A stretch of DNA of 64,000 nt, taken from positions 35,039,341-35,103,340 of the forward strand of contig NC_068990.1 of the NCBI RefSeq assembly GCF_001194135.2, given 5' to 3'. Under the pieces are notes generated by a model. That model ran no database searches and was not told the DNA's origin. It worked only from the letters and a program-made list of their open reading frames with translations. The position numbers and the translations under genes are program-made. Source of the stretch: Octopus bimaculoides. Lineage: Eukaryota. Below, piece after piece: positions 13,365 through 24,179 of the stretch (position 1 is the stretch's first letter; each line of letters opens with the position of its first letter).

Positions 13365-13750
13365 TCAGGCGAATTGCAGAGCTTATGAAAACGACCAGAA
13401 CCATTGTCCTTCCATAATGACTAATAGAAAAAAATCTTCACTGACACGAGAATTCTAACAGTAAAAGCAGAATTATTTATAAAATTTGAACTATTATAGC
13501 ACTAGAAACACACCCATAGTGTCTCATTACACTTTATTCGGTGAAAAGCTGCACTTCATAGTGCTTATAGAATCATCTGATTGTGAGAGAAGATGGAGAG
13601 CGAGTGTGCATATTAAGTGATAAAATTTTACTATTAACTAAATGTTATATATACGCATGCCGACTAGATTGAAAAGATAGGACTTATTCAGCTCTTTCAA
13701 AGAATTCATTTTGTATCAATAATCAATGTATTTTTACATGAAAATAACAG

Positions 13751-14087
13751 AATCTATGGAAACTAGAGGTGATCAGCAATGATGATTATCATGCAGTGAA
13801 GTTTGTGACTTTAGACAACTTTGTATGCCGTGGTGGGAAGAGAAATCTAACATTTCGTGACTGTCTTTTCCTCTGAGACAGAAAAAAGAAATTTAGTTAT
13901 AAAACGTAATTTCTCTTCGACGTGAAGAGCCAGTGTCACGAAAGATCAGATTCCTTTTGCATAAAATTTTGGGAGAATTGACGTGTTAGCCACGAGAATT
14001 GTCTTTGACTATTCTTTTGACGGTAAAGACGAAGAGTCTACTGTTTCTGCAAAGGCGCGTGCAGTAACATATGAAGATATGACTTGA
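13751..14087 (+). pseudogene. Possible decayed ORF or exon(s), unidentified
   Basis: Two open stretches: NLWKLEVISNDDYHAVKFVTLDNFVCRGGKRNLTFRDCLFL* (13751-13876, after aacag) and NFGRIDVLATRIVFDYSFDGKDEESTVSAKARAVTYEDMT* (13965-14087). Confidence 0.22.
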
Positions 14088-14551
14088 GGTTGCTGTTACT
14101 GTTGTGTTTCTTTATATTATTCTTATCTATCAGTTCTCGTTGCATTCTAAATACATAAACTGAACTAGAAGGAATAGCGTTCCAGCCTCGAACATTGCAT
14201 TTTATTTTATTTTCGAATGAATTGAAGATTACATTATGCGAGTTATCCTTCCTGATTTAAATCAGTATTTTGCTTGAAGGAAACATGACTATTTGTTCCT
14301 GGCTGATTGTTGGTTGTCATTACTGATACTGAATGAGACGTGGTTATTGAGTAACTTTATGTTGGTGAGTGAAAATAAGAGTAGGTTGTATTCTAAGTGA
14401 TCTCAAACAGAGGAACAGTTGTTCACTCACTTTTCCTGAACTGTTTGGGGAAATAGAGGAAACAAAGGCAATGTTCTATAACCTAACAACTTCTCTTCAC
14501 TTGACTCCCGTTTGAAGAGAGATAGTGTCGGTACCATTGGTACACAGATAT

Positions 14552-14780
14552 TGCTCTGAACTGAGTGGGGTCATTAAGCTCCCTCGTTCGATTCGAAAAT
14601 ATAAAGACACAAATAGTGCGTCGATAGGCAGCTGGAGACGATGTTTCGTGGGGTTAAATAACAGTAACATTCGTCCTAATCAGGACTGCTGCATTATGTT
14701 GGCAAATAATCTTTACTCATGAGTACTGTTACTGAATGTTTCTCGTTCAGAGATTTAGAAATAATAATTTTTCTATTTAT
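14552..14780 (+). repeat. Family F repeat, direct copy 1 (PLE pseudo-LTR-like)
   Basis: Aligns along its length with 14897-15120 (shared cagctggagacgatgt, taaataacagtaacattc, cattatgttggcaaataatctttactc, atgtttctcgttc.gagatttagaaataataat). Confidence 0.85.
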
Positions 14781-14867
14781 GAGATCAGTGATTGTGTGTC
14801 ATTTTGAAAAGTATATATTTAGAAAAAGAACTAGTGTCGCCATCTATAGCTAAGCGGTTATTCTGTG

Positions 14868-14901
14868 CTGATGAAGGGAAATAATCCAGAAACCACTGCT
14901 C
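14868..14901 (+). ncRNA. Degenerate minimal type-I hammerhead-ribozyme-like motif
   Basis: CTGATGA-A-GGGA-AATAA-TCCA-GAAAC-CACTG-CTC. Both core boxes are present, but stem II has a terminal mismatch, the cleavage triplet region is non-canonical and stem I is not convincing. Confidence 0.35.
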
Positions 14902-15120
14902 TCAGCTGTGTGAGTGCACTAAGTTCCCTTGTTCGAAAATAAAGGATGCAAATAATGTATTGATAGCCAGCTGGAGACGATGTCTCTTGGGGCTAAATAA
15001 CAGTAACATTCATCTTCATTAGGACTGCCACATTATGTTGGCAAATAATCTTTACTCTAGAGTACTGTTACACAATGTTTCTCGTTCGGAGATTTAGAAA
15101 TAATAATCTTTCCATTTATA
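14897..15120 (+). repeat. Family F repeat, direct copy 2
   Basis: Second copy, 345 bp downstream of copy 1; its 3' part is homologous to 19450-19510 and to the reverse complement of 46775-46887. Confidence 0.85.
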
Positions 15121-15574
15121 ACTCACATTAAGTTTTTGTAAAAAAAATGAAATCACTGGAACATAATCTGTTGAGATCACGTTTTCAAAATGGCAACAGG
15201 ATTTGTTCTAGAACATACCTCAGTTGTTTGCTTCAGTCTTAGTTCATTAGGAGGAGGGCAATTCCATATATACTGGGATTAATCACAACTTTTCTTTGGT
15301 TTGGTAGCTAGGAGGCAGGCAGAGTTGTGGATGGGAATAAATAAAACCGAATGACTATTCTTCTGTTTCCCAATCAAAAGCTTGTCGATTACATTATGAA
15401 TCATTTAGAAGATATGAGTGTAAAAGCTGCAATTTATAGTGATAAAAGGGCCAAAAGTTATTTCTATCAGGCTATAAATATATAACAGGCAGATAGACTA
15501 TTCACTTTTTTCGATGTTCATAATTCCTTAACTGGAACACATAGTTGGATTTAGTTATTACATGTGAATACACA

Positions 15575-15842
15575 TGTATTCGTAGACGTAAACACACCAG
15601 CATCGATTGCCAAGTGATGCTGGGGGGACAAAAATAGATACAAAAACATGCACACACATATATATATACATATACACGACGGGCTTCTTTCAATTTTTGT
15701 TTATCAAATCCACTTACAAGGCTTTGGTCGGCCCGAGCCTATAGTAGAAGACACTTTTCCCAAGGTGCCACGCAGTGGGACTGAACCCGGAACCATATGG
15801 TTGGTAAGCAAGCTACTTACCACACAGCCACTCCTGCGCCTA
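15575..15842 (-). mobile_element. tRNA-derived SINE, family A (CORE-like central domain), 3'-truncated
   Basis: Minus strand aggcgcaggagtggctgtgtgg (A box), gggttcagtccc (B box), then ggcaccttggg..agtgtctt, resembling the MIR/CORE motif. Confidence 0.85.
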
Positions 15843-15990
15843 GTATGCAAATATTCTTTTAAAAAACTTTTCATTTAATTTTCCCAAATTTAATTGTTTT
15901 CCATACTTACAGTTGAAAAAGTTTCAAGTACTGAAATGTTTATTATTGAATTATTTTAGCATTTTCTACCTTGACATTTTTTCCATATAT

Positions 15991-16128
15991 ACAGGAGTAC
16001 AGTGTTTCGGATTCAGTCCCACAGCGTGGCACCTTGGGTAAAGTGTCTTGTACTATAGCCTCGGGCCGACCAAAGCCTTATCAGTGGATTTTGTAGATGG
16101 GAACTGAAAGAAGCCTGTCGTATATATG

Positions 16129-16165
<37 letters not shown>

Positions 16166-16403
16166 ATGTGTGTATGTGTGTGTGTGTGTATTTGTATGTC
16201 TGTGTTTGTGCCCACAATATTACTTAACAACCAATGCTGGTATGTTTACGTTCTCTAACATAACAGTTCGGCAAAAGAGACTGATAGAATAAGTACTAGG
16301 CTTACAACGAATAAGTCCTGGAGTCGATTTGTTCGACTAAAAAGATGGCGGTGCTCCAGCATGGCCGCAGTCAAATGACTGAAACAAGTAAAAGAGTAAA
16401 AGA
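15991..16403 (+). mobile_element. SINE family A, 5' head partly deleted
   Basis: ggattcagtcccacagcgtggcaccttggg..., internal (TA)n(TG)n tract, 3' part ending gtcaaatgactgaaacaagtaaaagag; colinear with 42406-42850. Confidence 0.85.
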
Positions 16404-17356
16404 CATATATATATATATATANNNNNNNNNNNNNNNNNNNNNNNNNNNNNNNNNNNNNNNNNNNNNNNNNNNNNNNNNNNNNNNNNNNNNNNNNNNNNNN
16501 NNNNNNNNNNNNNNNNNNNNNNNNNNNNNNNNNNNNNNNNNNNNNNNNNNNNNNNNNNNNNNNNNNNNNNNNNNNNNNNNNNNNNNNNNNNNNNNNNNNN
16601 NNNNNNNNNNNNNNNNNNNNNNNNNNNNNNNNNNNNNNNNNNNNNNNNNNNNNNNNNNNNNNNNNNNNNNNNNNNNNNNNNNNNNNNNNNNNNNNNNNNN
16701 NNNNNNNNNNNNNNNNNNNNNNNNNNNNNNNNNNNNNNNNNNNNNNNNNNNNNNNNNNNNNNNNNNNNNNNNNNNNNNNNNNNNNNNNNNNNNNNNNNNN
16801 NNNNNNNNNNNNNNNNNNNNNNNNNNNNNNNNNNNNNNNNNNNNNNNNNNNNNNNNNNNNNNNNNNNNNNNNNNNNNNNNNNNNNNNNNNNNNNNNNNNN
16901 NNNNNNNNNNNNNNNNNNNNNNNNNNNNNNNNNNNNNNNNNNNNNNNNNNNNNNNNNNNNNNNNNNNNNNNNNNNNNNNNNNNNNNNNNNNNNNNNNNNN
17001 NNNNNNNNNNNNNNNNNNNNNNNNNNNNNNNNNNNNNNNNNNNNNNNNNNNNNNNNNNNNNNNNNNNNNNNNNNNNNNNNNNNNNNNNNNNNNNNNNNNN
17101 NNNNNNNNNNNNNNNNNNNNNNNNNNNNNNNNNNNNNNNNNNNNNNNNNNNNNNNNNNNNNNNNNNNNNNNNNNNNNNNNNNNNNNNNNNNNNNNNNNNN
17201 NNNNNNNNNNNNNNNNNNNNNNNNNNNNNNNNNNNNNNNNNNNNNNNNNNNNNNNNNNNNNNNNNNNNNNNNNNNNNNNNNNNNNNNNNNNNNNNNNNNN
17301 NNNNNNNNNNNNNNNNNNNNNNNNNNNNNNNNNNNNNNNNNNNNNNNNNNNNNNNN

Positions 17357-17490
17357 NTCTTCTTCTTCTTCTTCTTCTTCTTCTTCTTCTTCTTCTTCTT
17401 CTTTTTCTTCTTCTTCTTCTTCTCACGTCTGCAATAAAATTTCAACACCAACACCGCCATTATTATCCTCATGATGAGTACTAGCAACCT

Positions 17491-17544
<54 letters not shown>

Positions 17545-17597
17545 CAGCAGCAATAGTGGTAGTAGTAGTAGTAGTAGCAGCAGCAGCAGCAGTATTA

Positions 17598-17633
<36 letters not shown>

Positions 17634-17655
17634 GTAGTAGTAGTAGTAGTAGTGG
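17357..17655. repeat. Compound trinucleotide microsatellite (CTT)...(AGT)(AGC)(ATT)(AGT)
   Basis: Directly visible. Confidence 0.95.
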
Positions 17656-18158
17656 TCGGCGTTACATTCATGGCCATAGTAGTAACAGTATCCTCTGTAT
17701 TTGTAGCTATGAACAGCGAGCGGCCTACAACCATCAGTGATATGTCTTATATGATGAAGTGTTGAATAATACTCACGCATTGTACTAGTATATGTGCGCA
17801 TGCGTGCATGAGTGTTCGACAGTATGCGGTTAAATTTGCTCGAGTATGTGTGTGCATGTGTGTGTTGTGTGCGTGTGCGTATGTTTATGTGAATGTGTTT
17901 GTGTTTTTGTGCATGTGTCGTGTGTGCCTAGCCTATAAATACGTGTGTTTTTATGCTTGTGCATCTGTTTGTCTTTTTGTATGTGTATGAGTGTTTGTAG
18001 CGGACAGCGGTCGTATAGATAAAGGAATGGGCAATTAAGCTTAGAACTTTGGGGCCATGAGTTCGTATTCCCAGCGGAAATTTCATTTAAGATCAGGTCG
18101 AAACTCCTTAATTTGTATCGACTTAAATATCTTCAAGTAGTACTGGAGCACTACATTA

Positions 18159-18203
<45 letters not shown>

Positions 18204-18215
18204 CTCTCTTGTTTC

Positions 18216-18254
<39 letters not shown>

Positions 18255-19346
18255 GTCTATCTATCTATGATAAACCATAAAATAATTTTTTTTTTTTCGA
18301 AATAAAACAAAATTAATAGTAAGATAGAAAATAATGTTTATTTTTGTATACTTCCACTTTATTTATATTCGAATAGTTATGTCCTTAATTTTTCTTTTTA
18401 TTTAATTGCAAAGTCTTCGATGATATTGTTAAAATTAAATTTACGTAAAACTTCTGCTTCTATACTTTTTTAGCAAGTATTTAAGCAAGTTTAAAGTGAT
18501 TTCTTTCGTGGCGTAAACCATTTTCATTTCTGTGGTGCCCTCGTCTCTTGATGCTCTAAGCACGTGGTTATTTTACTAAATGGTTAATCTAGCACTGGAT
18601 GGTATATACATAAGAACTGGCGCTATTTCGACGGAGATAGTGTTATGATTTCCAACGGAGGTGGAGACTTAGAAGTTGAATCTCCTCCGGTTCGATTCTG
18701 GGTCGGTTTCCGTATGATACATCCCGGACCAGTGACATTACGCTGGTTACAGTGATTGTAGAGGCAGCAGCAGAAATTTACTGATTCTGTGGCTACATAC
18801 TCACGCATACACACTCAGCTACACGCGTGTATACACATACACTGAAGTCAATAACCGCATGCACTCACTCAGTCACATAGATACACACACGAGCACACTC
18901 GCTCATACACACACAAAGAACTAAAATCTATCAGACACAGTCTTTCAAACAGATGGACAGATAGATAGACAGATAGATTACATTTTAAATTATTTTTGTT
19001 TACATTTTTTTGAATCATTTATATATACTTGAGGGCATCAACACTATCTAAGTGTCAAGGGCCTCTGTGGGTCTTAATCCGGCCCTGATACCATCACATA
19101 TATTTTCTGTAACACACTTCACTACAGCTGTAGTTTTAAATATAGATAGGCACATATAAGTAGGTATATATGTCTAATTTAGACTAAGGGAGTATTGTTT
19201 GATAAATAATTAGGTTGCCGACAAGAGTTTAAACCAGCATTGAATTCTTAGAACGGTTTGTCTACAGGTAATACAATAACAAGAAAACTAATACAACCCC
19301 ACCCCACACATATATGAAAGTATGTGTGTGTATGTGTAAATGTTAT

Positions 19347-19420
19347 AGGCGCAAGTGTGGCTGCGTGGTAAGACGTTTCCTTCATAATCACATGGTTCCG
19401 AGTTCAGTCGCACAACGTGC
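19347..19420 (+). mobile_element. SINE family A head only
   Basis: aggcgcaagtgtggctgcgtggtaag...ccgagttcagtc; stops just before the CORE-like motif. Confidence 0.75.
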
Positions 19421-19428
19421 ATATATAT

Positions 19429-19511
19429 AACGTGAAGTATATTTGCCACTGGCAAATATACTTCACGTTGTCGTGCAGTTACTGTTTATACCTCGTTCAG
19501 AGATTTAACAT
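19429..19511 (+). mobile_element. Family F miniature copy: perfect 20-bp foldback plus ~40-nt tail
   Basis: aacgtgaagtatatttgcca-c-tggcaaatatacttcacgtt (19429-19469), then gtcgtgcagttactgtttatacctcgttcagagatttaac; AT runs on both sides. Confidence 0.8.
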
Positions 19512-19533
19512 ATATAAATATATATACTTAGAT

Positions 19534-19828
19534 GTGGAGGCGCAATGAATGACCCAGTGGTTAGGACAGCGAATTCGCGTTCGTGGGCTCTGCCAAGGGC
19601 TGGTGGCAAACCCTGCGCTAATCTTTCACCACAGCTTTCTCTCACTCTTTCGTCCTGTTTCTGTTGCACCTGTATTTCAAAGTGCCAGGCTTGTCACACA
19701 TTATGTCGCGCTGAATCTACCCGAGAACTACGTTAAGGGTACTCATGTCTATGGAGTGCTCAGCCACTTACACGTTAAGTTCCCGAGCAGGCTGTTCAAT
19801 TGATCGGAACAACTGGAACCCTCGTTAG
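19534..19828 (+). mobile_element. tRNA-derived SINE, family D, with internal deletion in the head
   Basis: gtggaggcgcaatg..acccagtggttaggacagcg is an A-box-like tRNA head and the B box is missing. The body matches my recollection of an abundant octopus SINE; there is only one copy in the window. Confidence 0.55.
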
Positions 19829-20789
19829 TATATATATATATTTGAGTATATGTGTATANNNNNNNNNNNNNNNNNNNNNNNNNNNNNNNNNNNNNNNNNN
19901 NNNNNNNNNNNNNNNNNNNNNNNNNNNNNNNNNNNNNNNNNNNNNNNNNNNNNNNNNNNNNNNNNNNNNNNNNNNNNNNNNNNNNNNNNNNNNNNNNNNN
20001 NNNNNNNNNNNNNNNNNNNNNNNNNNNNNNNNNNNNNNNNNNNNNNNNNNNNNNNNNNNNNNNNNNNNNNNNNNNNNNNNNNNNNNNNNNNNNNNNNNNN
20101 NNNNNNNNNNNNNNNNNNNNNNNNNNNNNNNNNNNNNNNNNNNNNNNNNNNNNNNNNNNNNNNNNNNNNNNNNNNNNNNNNNNNNNNNNNNNNNNNNNNN
20201 NNNNNNNNNNNNNNNNNNNNNNNNNNNNNNNNNNNNNNNNNNNNNNNNNNNNNNNNNNNNNNNNNNNNNNNNNNNNNNNNNNNNNNNNNNNNNNNNNNNN
20301 NNNNNNNNNNNNNNNNNNNNNNNNNNNNNNNNNNNNNNNNNNNNNNNNNNNNNNNNNNNNNNNNNNNNNNNNNNNNNNNNNNNNNNNNNNNNNNNNNNNN
20401 NNNNNNNNNNNNNNNNNNNNNNNNNNNNNNNNNNNNNNNNNNNNNNNNNNNNNNNNNNNNNNNNNNNNNNNNNNNNNNNNNNNNNNNNNNNNNNNNNNNN
20501 NNNNNNNNNNNNNNNNNNNNNNNNNNNNNNNNNNNNNNNNNNNNNNNNNNNNNNNNNNATATATATGTATATATATGCATTTATGTGTGTATATATATGT
20601 GTGTGTATGTATAGTTATCTATATACCCCTATGCATTTATCTATCTATCTGTCTTTCCATCCATCCATCTATCCATCTGTCTGTCCGTTTGTCTATCTGC
20701 TTTTCAGAGTTAAGTTACGATGTCTATGTATATATGTATGTACACACACACGCACAACGCATTCACTCATATGTCTATAGAGAGACTGA

Positions 20790-20826
20790 CATACAGACAG
20801 AGAGATAGATTGATAGATAGACAGAT

Positions 20827-20879
<53 letters not shown>

Positions 20880-20967
20880 ACCGATAGATAAATAGATTGA
20901 TAGATATATAGATAGATAGATAAATAGATAGATAGATAGATAGAGNNNNNNNNNNNNNNNNNNNNNN

Positions 20968-21027
<60 letters not shown>
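20790..21027. repeat. (GATA)n and (GA)n microsatellites
   Basis: Directly visible. Confidence 0.95.
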
Positions 21028-21030
<3 letters not shown>

Positions 21031-21699
21031 TTAAGGCGTCGATAATCAAGTCATTTATTATGAATTTACTACTGTAACTAGAATACTGCAGCAAATAATA
21101 TATGTGCTTCTGCCTCTCCCACGTTTGTTGATAAAGCTACCGCAGTTTTTTCCCAATGTATTACAGATATTTTATTTTTTCTACCACTACCTCCCGAATT
21201 ACTAACTGTATCACAGTTGCTAATGACACCACTATTTCACCATTATCTCTATTACTTATGTAACATATATTTCTATAATTATCTCTGTTCCTAACAATAT
21301 CAATACATCTACAGCAATATTGCTAATATGCCATTGATTCTGGCATTACTTATGTTGCTAATGTTACCCAATAATTCCCGATACCCCTCCCGCCAGTGAT
21401 GCCGCCAAATTTAAATCTTTTTTTCCCTGGTATATTTACTGCCAGTGAGTAAATATTTTTATAAGTACCTCTGATATGGATAATGGAAATAGCAGGCAGC
21501 TCAGAGCATAAGGTTGCTATTATATAAAAGCAATCGAACCTTATCCATCACATCTATTTTGCTAGATTGTGTTCCTAGTTCAACATCATCCAGTTATGTC
21601 ACATTGCTAAGGGTTTACTATAATTGTTTAGCAATATATTGTAGCAAGAGAAAGAAAATGCCTCTCACAATATGGAAGCTTCTCTCATGGCACCAGCAG

Positions 21700-22345
21700 A
21701 CAAAATGAAAAAAGGCGCTGCCTCGAAGGATCACGAGGGAGATGCGCTGGGAACAACCACACTGACTAACGGGGCTCGCACTTGCACACAGTAATTTCTT
21801 TCCCGACAGCGGTGAGCAGGGATATGGTCTGGAGTCAAGAACGCAGGAGGTTTCAACTATCACCGCCTCGACCATAAACCTGTCAGAGAGCGACCAATAC
21901 CATGACTGTTATTTTTTATCAACCTGGGTTGGTAGCTGACACCAAGTTGCCGCTGGAGAAGTTGTCACAGCATGTGGCACTCCAGATGAAAGGCCTACAG
22001 ACACATAACGGGATTACTGTCATACCGTCCCCTCAGTCTAGTCCAGCTGGCTCGAGTTGGGAAGGCAAGCATGCGGTCTCTAGGCCATTCCTTATAATCT
22101 TGTTAAGCGTGGTATGGCAAGGAAGGCGGCCAGGACTATGGACAGCATGGCAATGGGTGCAAACTGAAAGAATCCACAACAGAACTGCTGCGGAATTCAT
22201 GAGACTCACAAATCTGGATACCAGAGAGACGTTGATGCGCAGGCATTCGTTATCAAGCTGATTGCCCGCATTGAGCCAAGCTCCGCTCTGAGGCTCTAAG
22301 GTTAATCGGAAACACTCCAGAGGGTTCTGGTGAAATCGGTGCGTT
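21700..22345 (-). mobile_element. 3' fragment of a CRE-clade non-LTR retrotransposon (Zn-knuckle plus RLE)
   Basis: SGAWLNA..LDNECLRINVSL; HCHAVHSPGRLPCHTTLNKIIRNGLETACLPSQLEPAGLD; DGMTVIP..RPFIWSATCCD; VETSCVL; QRISLVILRGSA. This is the AWL / RH..lN / LEP.gL / PDG / ET.G / QR.S..i.RGN motif series of CRE-type elements. Confidence 0.82.
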
Positions 22346-23827
22346 AACTCTTTAGCGGTCAAGCTATTCGTTTGTTTATTTATGTTTTTAATTTGGCTGT
22401 ATGCTTTACATAAATTTACAAACTGTTGTTAGCAGTTCGAAGAATAATATCGATATATTTTTCTCGTATACAAGACATAGTAATGAATCACTAAATCATT
22501 TTTGTGATATGCTCTGAAGGAATGCATCTTGGCCTTGGTGTATTCTCATCTTGACCCACAAATAGTGTTATGAGGGCATTAAAGAATTCTCTTCAGCACA
22601 ACTAGATTTATCTTCATACTATTGAGATTTACCTCTAAAGTGACGAAAAAACCACAATAACGCAGTGGTAATAGCTATTCTGCAGAATCAGGGATATATT
22701 GGAATGCTTCCTTGGTCGTTTCGTATTTATTTGGCGAGTTATCAAATAAAATATAATCTCATTGTCTGTAATCAGAATGGTTGCTAGCTTGTAGCTACTT
22801 ATATAGAAGATTAAACAAGGACTGAGATGAAATATCAAGCTTGATTTGCATAATTATTGATAGTGAATTGATAGATAAATAATACGTAAAAGAATGAAAT
22901 ATTTACTAATTAAGTAAATATTTGACTGCCTGAAATTTATTATAGGTCCCAATACATGAACATAAATATGTCAGCCAAGCTGCGAAATGTAAACGACTAC
23001 GAAGGCATACTTATCTAGGATGCAGTATGCTGTGTATATTTATTAAATATATTCAACGCATTACCAATGAACGTAGACGTGATTTCATTACCTTGGAAAT
23101 TTGTACACATACATACATACATNNNNNNNNNNNNNNNNNNNNNNNNNNNNNNNNNNNNNNNNNNNNNNNNNNNNNNNNNNNNNNNNNNNNNNNNNNNNNN
23201 NNNNNNNNNNNNNNNNNNNNNNNNNNNNNNNNNNNNNNNNNNNNNNNNNNNNNNNNNNNNNNNNNNNNNNNNNNNNNNNNNNNNNNNNNNNNNNNNNNNN
23301 NNNNNNNNNNNNNNNNNNNNNNNNNNNNNNNNNNNNNNNNNNNNNNNNNNNNNNNNNNNNNNNNNNNNNNNNNNNNNNNNNNNNNNNNNNNNNNNNNNNN
23401 NNNNNNNNNNNNNNNNNNNNNNNNNNNNNNNNNNNNNNNNNNNNNNNNNNNNNNNNNNNNNNNNNNNNNNNNNNNNNNNNNNNNNNNNNNNNNNNNNNNN
23501 NNNNNNNNNNNNNNNNNNNNNNNNNNNNNNNNNNNNNNNNNNNNNNNNNNNNNNNNNNNNNNNNNNNNNNNNNNNNNNNNNNNNNNNNNNNNNNNNNNNN
23601 NNNNNNNNNNNNNNNNNNNNNNNNNNNNNNNNNNNNNNNNNNNNNNNNNNNNNNNNNNNNNNNNNNNNNNNNNNNNNNNNNNNNNNNNNNNNNNNNNNNN
23701 NNNNNNNNNNNNNNNNNNNNNNNNNNNNNNNNNNNNNNNNNNNNNNNNNNNNNNNNNNNNNNNNNNNNNNNNNNNNNNNNNNNNNNNNNNNNNNNNNNNN
23801 NNNNNNNNNNNNNNNNNGTTGACGATG

Positions 23828-24179
23828 AAGGGGGAAGGGGAAGGTGGAGGTAGATTTAAGAGAGGGGGAAGGTGGGTATGAGAGGGGGGAGAAAGAGAGG
23901 AAGAGAAAGAGAGTGAGTGAGAAGAGAGTGAGAGTGAGAGAGAGGGAAAGAGAGAAGAGAGTGAGAGAGAGAGGAAGAGAGAAGATAGTGAGAGAGAGGA
24001 AGAGAGTAAGGGTGAGCGAGTAAGAGAGTAAGAGAGAGTAAGAGAGTAAGGGTGAGAGAGTAAGAGTGAGAGAGGGAAGAGTAAGAGAGAAGAGAGTGAG
24101 AGAGTGTAAGAGAGAGGAGAGAAAGAGTAGGGGTGAAAACAAGTGGGAGTGAAGAGAGTAGGAGTGAAGAGAAGTAGGA
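23828..24179. repeat. Purine-rich degenerate (GA)n/(GAGT)n tract between two gaps
   Basis: Almost pure A/G with sparse T on the + strand. Confidence 0.9.

Noticed and set aside
18002-18090. tRNA-like sequence with gagttcgtattccc
   Set aside because: No complete cloverleaf; at best a decayed SINE head.
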